In this document: positions 16,701-25,227 of the stretch, in pieces
Layout: each line of letters starts with the position of its first letter
Numbering within the stretch: the stretch's first letter is position 1
The notes under the pieces: model-generated
What the model was told of the DNA's origin: nothing
Databases searched by the model: none
Seen by the model: only the letters and a program-made list of their open reading frames with translations
Assembly (NCBI GenBank): GCA_964252075.1
Contig: CAXULY010000054.1
Coordinates: 1-28,936, forward strand
Direction: 5' to 3'
DNA length: 28,936 bases
Source of the DNA: an uncultured Deinococcaceae bacterium
Lineage (GTDB): Bacteria > Deinococcota > Deinococci > Deinococcales > Deinococcaceae
Translations under genes and position numbers: made by a program

Positions 16701-19700
16701 CTGGACAAGGCGGACCGCACCCTCACCGACGCGACCGAGTCCGCCGTGAACGCGCAGATTAAAGAAGCGGGGAAAACCCGCACGGAGCTGCAGAAAAAAG
16801 CGGAGGACGACCGCCTCGCCGTCATCAAGGACGCGCGCCTCAAGCGCCAGTCCGAGCTGCGCAACGAACTGACGGACCTCTCCAGCAGCTACCAGCCGAA
16901 GATCGACACGCTCCGCACCGAGTCGAAAACGAAGGGCATCACGCCCGCGCAGCGCGCCGACCTGCTCGGCCAGGCCACCGAGCTGGAGCAGGAACTGGGA
17001 CGCGCGCAGGCCTCCGCGCGGCGCCGCGCGAACAGCGAACTCGACGACATCGACCGCGAGCGCCTCAAGCGGGTGCACGACGGTCAGGTCGCCGCGCTCG
17101 CGGACCTCGCCGCACAGAGCGCCGCGCAGGTGAGCCTCGTGCAGGGCCAGAAGGAAGGCGCCCTCGCCGCGGCCGGGCAGAACCCCCAGGCGCGCCTCGC
17201 GGTGGAGGCCCGCTACGGCCGCATGCTCGCGGACCTGCAGGCATCCGCCCGGCACGACAAGCTCCGCGCGGACCAGCTCGCCCTGCAGAACCAGCTCACC
17301 GCCGCCCTCGAGGCGGCCAAGGGCGCCGGCGCGCAGCGCGCGACCCTCGAAGGGCAGGCGCGCGCCGCGTACCTCCAGCAGAGCAAAACCCTCGAAACCA
17401 CCTACGAGACGGACGTGAACGGCATCCGCCTCAAGCAGCGGCAGGACTACCAGACCGCGTACGCCGCCCTCGTGAAGGTGGGCGTCGACAAGGAACTCGC
17501 CGGCATCAAGGACGTCACGGCCGCCGAGCTCAGCGCCCTGCAGGTCCGCCTGCAAGGGCGCCTCGCGGCCGCGAACGCCCAGGGGGACCGCGCGACCGCC
17601 CAGGTGTACGCGGACGCCATCAAGCAGGTGGAGGGCGTGAAGCTCGACAACATCCGCGCCTTCCGCACCGAACTCACCCAGAGCGAGAAGACCGCCGTGA
17701 GCCTCCGCGGGAAGCTGAACGACGTCGCCAGCACCCCCCTCGACAAGGCCCTCTCCTCCGCCGCCGCCCCCTACAACGAGGTCATCAAGGGCGCCGGTGA
17801 CCAGCTCGACGCCCTCGCGCAGAAACTCAAGAAGGCGGACCTCACGCCCGCCGACCGCGCCCGGTACGAGCGCGACCAGCGCGAACTCGCCGCCGTCGCG
17901 CTCGACGCGAACAAGCAACGCAACGCCGCCCTCACCGCCGCGCAGCAGAAATTCGCCACCGACCAGCAGGACCGGGCGCAGGTGGACGCCCAGAAACTCG
18001 CGAAGACCGAGTACGACGCCTCGAAGGGCCGCGACGCCGACGCGTACCTCGCGCGCCTCGACCAGTACGACGCCTACTGGGCGGCGCGCATCGAACTCGC
18101 CCGCAAGCGCGGCGATGAGGCCGCCGTCGCCGAGGGGCAGCAGCACATCGCCGACAACCAGGGCGAGCGCGTGCGCGTGCAGGGCGACCAGCGCTCCAGC
18201 GCGGAGGACGCCCGCGCCCTCGCGCGCGACGAGGCCCAGTCGCAGCTGGACCTCGCCACCACGGAAGCCGCGCGGGTGCAGGCCCGCGCGACCCTCATCG
18301 CGCAGGACCAGCAGCGCCTCGGGCAGATCCAGGGGGAACTGAACCTCGCGGTCGCGCAGGGCGCCAGCGAAGCCGACATCAACAAGCTCAAGCGCGAGCG
18401 GCTCAGCGTGCAGGGCGAACTGAAGAAGTACTCCGATGAGGACCTCCAGCGGGCCAACGCCCTGCTCGACGCCCACCGCGAGGAACTGCAGCTGAACGCC
18501 GACGTGGCGACCACCGAACGCGAGCGCCTCGACAACCGCGCCCGCCTGCTCGCCGCCACGCAGGGCGACCTGGCGCGCGCCAACACCGACCTGAACGCCG
18601 CGCGTGAAAGCGGCGCCCCTCAGGACCGCATCGATGCCCTGACCGAACGCCGCGCGACCCTGATGCGCAGCATCGTGCAGCTCGGCGATCAGGACCGGCA
18701 GCGCATCAACGCGGGCCTCGACGGGCAGCGCGCGGAACTCCAGCTGGCCCAGGACCTCGCCACGAACGACGTCGAGCGCACCGCCGCGCGCCGCCAGCTG
18801 CTCAGCTTCGACCAGAACCGCCTCGCCGGGGTGGAGGCCGAACTGACCAGCGCGCGCGAAACGGGCGCCACGCAGGAGCGCCTGCTGGAGCTGGAGGGGC
18901 AGCGCGCCACCCTGAAGCGCAACATCCTCCAGCTGCAGGACGAGGAACGCCAGCGCGCGCAGGAGCTGGTGGACAGCCAGCTGAAGCTGCAGGGCGCGCA
19001 GAACAGCTACGCGCAGGCCACCGCGCGCAGCAACGCCGACGTGCTCTCCTCGAAGCAGGAAGCGCTCGCGCTGAGCGGGCGGGAACTCGCGAACATCGAC
19101 CGGCAGATCGCCGGCAGCCGCGAGGCGCGCCTCACGGACGCGCAGGTGAACGACCTGCAGGCCCAGCGGTACGCGACGCGGCAGAGCATCTTCGAACAGG
19201 AGCGCGGCATCGCGCAGTTCACCACCCAACTCAACCGCGACCAGCTGGACCTCCTGGAAGCGCAGGCGCGCGCGCAGCTCCAGGTGTCCGGCCTCGCGGG
19301 AGACGCCGTCACCAGCAAACGCGTGGACCTCGACCTGACCCGCCAGCGCCTCGCGGAGACGGAAGCGGAGATCCGCGCGTCCGGCACGCACCTCCTCACC
19401 GACAAGGAACTCGCGGACCTGCAGAAGGAACGCCTGAACCTGATCGGCCAGGAGGCGCAGCAGCAGCGCGAGCTGGTGCAGGCGGCCCTCGCCCGGCAGC
19501 GCGCGGAAGCCGACTTCGCCGAAGCGTCGACGCGCAGCAGCCTCGCGCGCACGCGCTTCGCGGACGACGCGGTCGCCGTCGCGCGCGTGGACCTCGCCGC
19601 CACCCGCCAGAAACTCGACCTGAACCAGCGGGAACTCAGCAGCGCGAGCGCCCTGGGGCTCAGCCAGGACGACCTCCTCGCGAAGCAGCAGGAGCGCGTG

Positions 19701-21815
19701 CAGCTGCTCGGCACGGAAGCGGAGCAGGTGCGCAAGCTCGAGGAAGCCGAACGGGCTCGCCTGGAGCTGCAGCGCAGCCTGCGCGACAGCCTGCAGGCCC
19801 TCAACGTCGCCGCACGGGATCAGGGGGGCGCCTCCGCGATCGCGCGGGCGAACAGCGACCTCGCCACGTCCTTCCAGCGCCTCCAGGAGGCCGAGGGGGA
19901 CGCCGCGCCCTTCCTGGCCCGCCTGCAGGCCAGCCAGACCGCCCGCGCCCGCCCCGCGGACCTGCTGGACTTCCGCGAGGCGGACAAGGGCAAGTCGCGC
20001 ATCGACGCCCTCACCAGCAGCCTCGGCGATTACCGCTCGAAGCTCGACGCGGTCGCGCAGGCGTACGACCATCAGGTGAGCGGCATCGAGAGCGTCGTGG
20101 ACGCCACCGCGAAACTCAATGACGTCGTGAACAGCGGCACGCCCGACGGCCGGGCGTTCGCCGCGGAGGTGAACGAAACGAAGCGCCAGCAGGCCCTCGC
20201 CGAGACGGGCCGCCTGCTCAGCGACCAGCGCACCACGTACGACCAGCTGAGCGCCGCCACCAACCGCCTCGCGCAGGCGGAGAGCGACCGCATCACCCTG
20301 CAGCGCACGGAACTGGGTCGCCTCGCCGACCAGGTGAAGAAAGGCAACCCGGACGCCGAGCGGCAACTCGAGCGGCAGCTCGCGGGCCTGCACATCTTCG
20401 GGCAGGACGCCACGGACCTCCTCGCGCGCGTCCGGAAGGACGGCGGCAGCGCCCTCGCGGACGTGCAGCTGCGCGTCAGTGAGGAGGCCCGCCAGCGCCT
20501 TCAGGACCTGCGCAAGCAGGCGCTCGATGGGCTGAGCGACGTGGACGGCCTGCGCGTGCAGGCGTTCCGCGCGCACCTGGAGAGCGCCCACACCTTCGAG
20601 GAGTACGCCACCCTCTCCAGCGCCGTGAAGCTCGCCGACGCGGGCTTCACGGAACTCGAGGCCAGCCAGCTGGCCGCCACGCAACGCCAGGAGAACCTCA
20701 AGGACCTCCTCGCCAAGACCAGCTTCCTCGCGCCCGAGAGCACCAAACGGGACAGCGCGGCCGCCCAGGTGAAGGCCGAGAACGACACCATGGTGCGCCA
20801 GGTGCAGCTGCGCCTCGGCATCAAGGACGCCATCCTCGTGACGCGCGACCAGGTGGATGAGCAGCGCCGCCTGAACAGCGCCGTCGGGGACGAGTACGAA
20901 CGGCAGCAGGCGGCCCTCGAGCGCGGCACCCTCAGCTGGAACGCGCAGGTGCAGCGCAGCGACGAGACCCGCCAGAACGTCGAGGCGCAGAACCGCCTGC
21001 TGGCCGAGCAGGCCGCCGCGCGCCTCGGGCTCTCCGGCACGGGCGCCGTCACGCAAAAGGACCTCGACGACCAGCGCACCCTCAACCAGGAAGCCCTGAA
21101 GTACAGCGCGCTGCTGAAGCAGCGGCACGACGCCCTCTACACCACGGACAAGGACTCCGGAAAGCTCAGCCTGAACAGCGACGCCCTCGAGGCGCAGATC
21201 GCCGTCGCGCTCGACCAGGCCGCGCAAAAGGCCCGCACCCTGAACCTGTACACGCGCAGCGCCAGCGGGGACGTCACACTGAACCAGAACGACCCCAGCA
21301 TCAAACTGGCGATCGCGGGCGCCCAGGCGGCCCTCGACGTGCAGTACGGCCCCACCAACATGAAGCGCGCCATCGACTTCGAAATCGCGAAGGCCAAGGC
21401 CGTGCAGGAAGCCCTGAGGGGTCAGACCGACGACGCCCGCGCCGAAGCGGAGAAAACCGCGCTCGCGTCCGGCACGGCGTTCGGCGCGGGCGCCGGGCTG
21501 TACCCCAGCCGCATGGCGTCCCTCGGCGAGGCCTTCGGGGACGCCGCCGGCAACGCGATCCTCGCGCGCCTCGCGGACCTCGGCAAGCAGGCGGTGTCCA
21601 GCGCCCTGCAGCGCGGCGCCCGCACCGGCGCCGAGTTCGCCGTCCGGCCCGTCGGCACGCAGGCGACGCCGCAGAACATCGGCAACACCACCATCACCAA
21701 CACCGTGGAGGTGAACTTGACCACCCAGCCCGGCCAGACGGTCGACGTGGACGCGCTCGCCACGAAGGTCGGCAGCATCCTCGACGAGCGCTGCCAGATC
21801 TACGGGGACCGCTGA
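13776..21815 (+). CDS. Tail tape measure protein (~2680 aa; probable ATC start at 13776, GTG at 13782)
   Basis: TP901-type core ~14850-15800 (FEAGLKQLQALTG...FLPAL), Gly/Ala hydrophobic segments, long coiled coil; AAGGAGGTG RBS at 13760-13768. Confidence 0.93.
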   Translation: MDVTDRLLLDNSDFLNKLDQVGARWTQTVDRIDTRPIQPRVDTSVADRQITALEQRMAQLTSKVSTSLQVGQVSPTPSANLGNTGAGQSSQALQQLTEVIKELTTAYREMNGDAAKNRAALNQVDPAYQALARTIKQLSTEWRAGKGDATEFSAQMTTLRARANELAEGELLGSRNALLLASAISTASRALGENARAASPAAAEAERLRRGVAGTRAEYQSHNATAAQTVTRLRELYDQAQRLSGQLPRESAEWLKLQTTMRTAAATMDVLKGKTPLLGIQDALERAIAKNGPAFQALITQLASFGGPVGNVLTQMGSFTSGLQGMTAAEIAAVAPVGALAAAFLALGAAITASIHAAIPFEAGLKQLQALTGLSNADIGELGRGFQQLSGQLPITSNELVEVARNAALVGVHGKEEIAQYTEVMAQLGVLLRDTNGNMHDLEGTGRELAKFLNAAGIAGDAFIPALRVMSSELITLKTHVGGTVPEILNMSSYLVSMGTKLGLTAEQVLALSSAIASTGGKAQASGHAIARIIEDMQDAALNGGKVAQDYARILGLTAEQFQQLALHNPAEAFKLLAGGIDNATKGGRSIAEIFDTLNIKNVRLKQTIAEAAVAFPKLATALGIAQEAQSNQGDLAARAAIATDNFRDKTKKLEDVITSIAQAIGIQFLPALSGVIDKTAAFATTLLNVAQGAEPLPDKLKLVADGILGIGVAIGTTSVITKISTLVTSLGALRLATSELALIDGAQGAGLFARIGGLLGGGAGGGIKALTGLLTAGVSSAAAFGIIAGAVVALAAYSAQLYQDTLNTYQNADKASDASDAQLNSRIQELLKAGDTRSRTQAAYLNALQRYSAAQQGTYTGTTLFGERQYKVNPAQVEAARQQMQALRAQLTELDKAAPHAAASVSHVADHSTGEQFGEMAVKIGELNAGLTKTDSTPLQQALDAAREKVQSYRSEVQKLLDAGKLKPDEGKALLDKADRTLTDATESAVNAQIKEAGKTRTELQKKAEDDRLAVIKDARLKRQSELRNELTDLSSSYQPKIDTLRTESKTKGITPAQRADLLGQATELEQELGRAQASARRRANSELDDIDRERLKRVHDGQVAALADLAAQSAAQVSLVQGQKEGALAAAGQNPQARLAVEARYGRMLADLQASARHDKLRADQLALQNQLTAALEAAKGAGAQRATLEGQARAAYLQQSKTLETTYETDVNGIRLKQRQDYQTAYAALVKVGVDKELAGIKDVTAAELSALQVRLQGRLAAANAQGDRATAQVYADAIKQVEGVKLDNIRAFRTELTQSEKTAVSLRGKLNDVASTPLDKALSSAAAPYNEVIKGAGDQLDALAQKLKKADLTPADRARYERDQRELAAVALDANKQRNAALTAAQQKFATDQQDRAQVDAQKLAKTEYDASKGRDADAYLARLDQYDAYWAARIELARKRGDEAAVAEGQQHIADNQGERVRVQGDQRSSAEDARALARDEAQSQLDLATTEAARVQARATLIAQDQQRLGQIQGELNLAVAQGASEADINKLKRERLSVQGELKKYSDEDLQRANALLDAHREELQLNADVATTERERLDNRARLLAATQGDLARANTDLNAARESGAPQDRIDALTERRATLMRSIVQLGDQDRQRINAGLDGQRAELQLAQDLATNDVERTAARRQLLSFDQNRLAGVEAELTSARETGATQERLLELEGQRATLKRNILQLQDEERQRAQELVDSQLKLQGAQNSYAQATARSNADVLSSKQEALALSGRELANIDRQIAGSREARLTDAQVNDLQAQRYATRQSIFEQERGIAQFTTQLNRDQLDLLEAQARAQLQVSGLAGDAVTSKRVDLDLTRQRLAETEAEIRASGTHLLTDKELADLQKERLNLIGQEAQQQRELVQAALARQRAEADFAEASTRSSLARTRFADDAVAVARVDLAATRQKLDLNQRELSSASALGLSQDDLLAKQQERVQLLGTEAEQVRKLEEAERARLELQRSLRDSLQALNVAARDQGGASAIARANSDLATSFQRLQEAEGDAAPFLARLQASQTARARPADLLDFREADKGKSRIDALTSSLGDYRSKLDAVAQAYDHQVSGIESVVDATAKLNDVVNSGTPDGRAFAAEVNETKRQQALAETGRLLSDQRTTYDQLSAATNRLAQAESDRITLQRTELGRLADQVKKGNPDAERQLERQLAGLHIFGQDATDLLARVRKDGGSALADVQLRVSEEARQRLQDLRKQALDGLSDVDGLRVQAFRAHLESAHTFEEYATLSSAVKLADAGFTELEASQLAATQRQENLKDLLAKTSFLAPESTKRDSAAAQVKAENDTMVRQVQLRLGIKDAILVTRDQVDEQRRLNSAVGDEYERQQAALERGTLSWNAQVQRSDETRQNVEAQNRLLAEQAAARLGLSGTGAVTQKDLDDQRTLNQEALKYSALLKQRHDALYTTDKDSGKLSLNSDALEAQIAVALDQAAQKARTLNLYTRSASGDVTLNQNDPSIKLAIAGAQAALDVQYGPTNMKRAIDFEIAKAKAVQEALRGQTDDARAEAEKTALASGTAFGAGAGLYPSRMASLGEAFGDAAGNAILARLADLGKQAVSSALQRGARTGAEFAVRPVGTQATPQNIGNTTITNTVEVNLTTQPGQTVDVDALATKVGSILDERCQIYGDR
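18249..19004 (+). repeat. Degenerate 252-bp (84-aa) tandem repeats in the tape measure
   Basis: DLATTEAAR / DVATTERER / DLATNDVER start at 18249, 18501, 18753; looser units continue to ~19800. Confidence 0.75.
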
Positions 21816-22225
21816 TGCCGCCGCTCCCCGAGCTGCTGGAGATTGGCGGCGTCGCTTTCCCCTACCCACCCCGCTCGGACAGCGTCACCGTGAAGTTCCC
21901 CCGCGCCCGCACCGAGGTGACCACCGTGAACGGCGTGCGCGTCACGCGCACCGCCGCGAACGTGAAGGGCGGCGTCCTCACCATCGACGCCGCCGACACC
22001 TTCGTGTTCCCCGCCAGCGTGAAGGACTTCCTGGAGGCGCTCGCGCTGAGTGGCGCCGCCTTCATCCTCCGGGAGACCTACACGAAACCCACCGAGGTGC
22101 GCGCCTGGCTGGGCGCGGAATTCGCGGATGAGGACGGCCCGCAGTTCAAGGTCATGGTCCGCAACGGCACGCTGCTGTACGCCCTCAAGAACGCCCTCAC
22201 CATCAACGTCGGAGTGCCCCAATGA
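21815..22225 (+). CDS. Putative distal tail (Dit-like) protein
   Basis: 136 aa, TGATG overlap with the tape measure stop; position only. Confidence 0.55.
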   Translation: MPPLPELLEIGGVAFPYPPRSDSVTVKFPRARTEVTTVNGVRVTRTAANVKGGVLTIDAADTFVFPASVKDFLEALALSGAAFILRETYTKPTEVRAWLGAEFADEDGPQFKVMVRNGTLLYALKNALTINVGVPQ

Positions 22226-22614
22226 ACGACTTCTCGGCCCTTGCCCTGTACGACGCGAGCGGCACCACCCCCGTCAACACCTTCGAAGTCGGCACGATCA
22301 CCCCCGGTCAGGCCCGCAGCTTCACGTGGGTGATCAAGGCGGGCGACCCGGCGAACCTCCCCCCCACCTTCGCCTTCCGCGTGCTGGAGGCGGGCAGCCA
22401 GGCCGCCGATTGGATCACCGGCACCGTCGAGCACCAGGACGTGAACGGCGCGACGCTCGAAACCACCACCGTCGCGTACGGCGCGCTCGCCCTCGTGCAC
22501 AACATGGTCGCGGGCGAGCAGCTGGTGATCGCCCTGACCGTGACGGTGCCCGGCACGGTGCCGGGCAGCAGCGTGGTGCTGGTCTTCACCCCTGAAGTGC
22601 TCGAGGTGATCTGA
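22222..22614 (+). CDS. Putative minor tail protein (beta-sandwich-like)
   Basis: ATGA overlap; 130 aa, Thr/Val-rich. Confidence 0.6.
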   Translation: MNDFSALALYDASGTTPVNTFEVGTITPGQARSFTWVIKAGDPANLPPTFAFRVLEAGSQAADWITGTVEHQDVNGATLETTTVAYGALALVHNMVAGEQLVIALTVTVPGTVPGSSVVLVFTPEVLEVI

Positions 22615-24803
22615 TGGCCGTCGTCCTGCGCCGGCGTGACGAGACGCCCGAGCAGCCCGCGCGCCGGTCCTGGACGGGCACCTTCCGCACGCGGGCGCTG
22701 CAGCGCTCCTGGGCCGGGCGCCTCTCCGTGAACGTGGCGTCCCGCGCGTGGGTGGGTCGCCTCCGGACAGACACGGTGGGCCTCGCCCGGCGGTCGTGGT
22801 CCGGCACCCTCCGCACGCAGGACGTCACGCCCCCACCCGTCCTGCCGCCCGACACGAGCGGCGTGGTGGCCGACCGGATGATCGCGCCGCCCCCCAGCTA
22901 CCGCGTGCTGATCGGCGGCTTCGGAAACCTGGCGGTGGACAGCTTCAGTTACCAGGAGGCGGCCGAGACCGAGCGGGCCACGCTGGAGTTCAAGGTGCAG
23001 GGCCAGGACCTCGCGATCAGCGGGAACCTGATGCTCGGCGCGACCGCCACCCCGAAGTGGAGTGGGCTGAGCTTTGGCGCGGTGTACGGGCCCACGCAGC
23101 CCCTCACGGACGGTGAGGAGGAACTCACCGCGATCGGCTGGGTCACCACGTTTCGCACGCAGGACACCACGGCGTCCGACGCGGAGCCCTTCCAGCAGCC
23201 GATGGAGGAACTCGTCCCCTGGGAGAAAGAGAAGCAACTCACCTCCCTCGAGCAGCTCCAGAAGCAGCGCGCGGACACCCTGCGTCAACGCCAGCTCAGC
23301 AAACTCAAGTGCGCGGACCGCCGCGCGGCGATGTACGACGACCGCAGCATGCTGGTCGCGGATCTCGCCGAGCAGGTCCGCGCGCGGCTGGGCGTGACGA
23401 GCCTCTGGGCGAAACCCTTCCCCTTCCCGGCCGCGCGCATCTACGCCGCGGAGTACGTGACCGTGAACGGCGTCGAGTACAAAGCGGCGAGCCTGAGCAC
23501 CAAGGACCAGAAGCCACGCGACTGGCTCAGCGCCCTCCTCGGCAGCTTCGGGTGGGTGCTGCGACAGAAGGGTGGCCTGATCATCCTGGGACCGCCCGAG
23601 CAGGGCGACCTCATTCCCGCAGGCGGCACGGCCGCGTTCCTGGGCGTCGCGCAGGACCTGCTGACGTCCGTCAAGCGCCGTCGACTGGAGCCCGGCACCG
23701 GCGTGTCTGACTCGCCCCGCTCCAGCACAGGCAGCAACGCGCTGCCCTGGCAGGCGAAGGTCACCGTGGCGCCCAAACGCAAGTACCTGCCGCCCCTCCC
23801 ACCGGAGGACGACCAGGACCAGGACGCCACGTTCAAGGACGGCACCTTCACTGATCAGTTCAACGTGTACCGCACGGACGGCAGCCTGGAGAGCACCCGC
23901 GCCACCAGCGTCACGAAGCGCGGCGGCCTACTGACCGAGGAAACCGAGCGTGTAGACGGCGTGATTCCCGTTCAGAACGGCTTTCGTATCGTGGGCGATC
24001 AGGCGAGCGGCTTCCAGGTGGTGACTGAAGTCTGGGGTGAGCGCAGCCAGCGGAGCGTGAAGCACTTCTACGAGGACAGCCTCTTCACGCAGACGGAGAC
24101 GCGCTCCGTCACGGAGTCCTACGCGGTCATCCCCGGCATTGTGGGCCTCCCCTTGCAGGAGCGCACCGAGGTCACCAAGACCTTCGGGCGCAACGGGTAC
24201 CTGCAGCGCCTCACCACCAGCAGCCTGAAGTTCAACTCGGTCAACCACAGCGAGGCGGACTTCAACGGCGACGGCGAGAGCGACGACATCCGCGATGTGC
24301 TGGTGTACAGCAGCGAAACCACCGTCGAGACCTGGCTGGAACTGGGCGGCGGCCTGTGGCTCTACAACATCCAGCACACCGGACGGCGCCTCCAGCCCAT
24401 GTACGCGAACGGCAACCTGGACAGCAGTCAGAACGGCCTCCTGCTGGACGGCGGAGGCGGTCCGACGGACACGCCGCCCGAGAAGGCCAGCCTGCCGAAC
24501 GATGACGACTGCCCGGACGAACCGGACAAGGGCGACCCCTACGACGAGGAGACCTCCGCCGTGCGGTACACCGGGGGGCGCGGGGACGCCGTCACGTACG
24601 ACATCCCCTGGCTGTTCGAGGTCCCGGACATCGTGTTCGGCCTGGTGCTGGACCTCGCCACGGAGCGCAACGAGATCACCTACGCCCTGCCCGTCCCCAT
24701 CCAGGTGCCCGTCACGGGCGCCGTGCGGTCCCTGAGCGTCACCGGAGGCCCGGCGGACGTCACCACCACCATCACCGTCCTGGAGGCCGTGGGAGGCCCA
24801 TGA
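22614..24803 (+). CDS. Putative tail tip/hub protein
   Basis: 729 aa, TGATG overlap; N-terminal RSWxGx(L/F) repeats; DFNGDG motif; position. Confidence 0.6.
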   Translation: MAVVLRRRDETPEQPARRSWTGTFRTRALQRSWAGRLSVNVASRAWVGRLRTDTVGLARRSWSGTLRTQDVTPPPVLPPDTSGVVADRMIAPPPSYRVLIGGFGNLAVDSFSYQEAAETERATLEFKVQGQDLAISGNLMLGATATPKWSGLSFGAVYGPTQPLTDGEEELTAIGWVTTFRTQDTTASDAEPFQQPMEELVPWEKEKQLTSLEQLQKQRADTLRQRQLSKLKCADRRAAMYDDRSMLVADLAEQVRARLGVTSLWAKPFPFPAARIYAAEYVTVNGVEYKAASLSTKDQKPRDWLSALLGSFGWVLRQKGGLIILGPPEQGDLIPAGGTAAFLGVAQDLLTSVKRRRLEPGTGVSDSPRSSTGSNALPWQAKVTVAPKRKYLPPLPPEDDQDQDATFKDGTFTDQFNVYRTDGSLESTRATSVTKRGGLLTEETERVDGVIPVQNGFRIVGDQASGFQVVTEVWGERSQRSVKHFYEDSLFTQTETRSVTESYAVIPGIVGLPLQERTEVTKTFGRNGYLQRLTTSSLKFNSVNHSEADFNGDGESDDIRDVLVYSSETTVETWLELGGGLWLYNIQHTGRRLQPMYANGNLDSSQNGLLLDGGGGPTDTPPEKASLPNDDDCPDEPDKGDPYDEETSAVRYTGGRGDAVTYDIPWLFEVPDIVFGLVLDLATERNEITYALPVPIQVPVTGAVRSLSVTGGPADVTTTITVLEAVGGP

Positions 24804-25021
24804 AGCAGCACGAGGAACTGAACCGCAAGTTGAAGGCCCTTACTCGGGCCTTTCAGGATCTTTCCCTTTCGCCCGATCGGGCGCAGCAGGACGCGTGGGC
24901 GATTCAGGACGAGGCGCTTGCTGCTGGTCGGGACGCGCTGGCGGGCAGTGGCCTTCAGGCCGCGCTGCAGCGTGCCACGGTCCAGGCGCGGCGCTTCTCC
25001 GATTCGCTGAGCGGCCTCTGA
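24800..25021 (+). CDS. Small helical hypothetical protein
   Basis: GGAGG RBS; overlaps both neighbours' stop/start codons; 73 aa. Confidence 0.65.
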   Translation: MKQHEELNRKLKALTRAFQDLSLSPDRAQQDAWAIQDEALAAGRDALAGSGLQAALQRATVQARRFSDSLSGL

Positions 25022-25227
25022 TGTGCAAGAACTGCAAAGGCGGTTCCAGCGGTCAGCAGGCTTCACCCCTCATCGACGGCACCGTCAGCGCGCGGCTTCC
25101 CGGAGGCCTCCTGCAGGTCCGCCTCAGCGACGGGCGCATCGTGGCCGCCGAAGACCGCACCGCGCGCGCCTACGAAGGCGCGCAGGTGAGCGTCGCGCAG
25201 ACCGCCAGCGGTTACCGGGTGCACTAA
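25021..25227 (+). CDS. Small CxxC + OB-fold (S1/IF1-like) protein
   Basis: TGATG overlap, ATG 25021: MCKNCKG...IDGTVSARLPGGLLQVRLSDGRIVAA...GAQVSV. Confidence 0.65.
   Translation: MCKNCKGGSSGQQASPLIDGTVSARLPGGLLQVRLSDGRIVAAEDRTARAYEGAQVSVAQTASGYRVH

Noticed and set aside
16050..21869. 1939-aa antisense ORF and other long shadow ORFs (1017..2894, 5080..6690, 13719..15479, 25063..27075)
   Set aside because: Expected mirror frames of high-GC3 genes; no motifs or RBS
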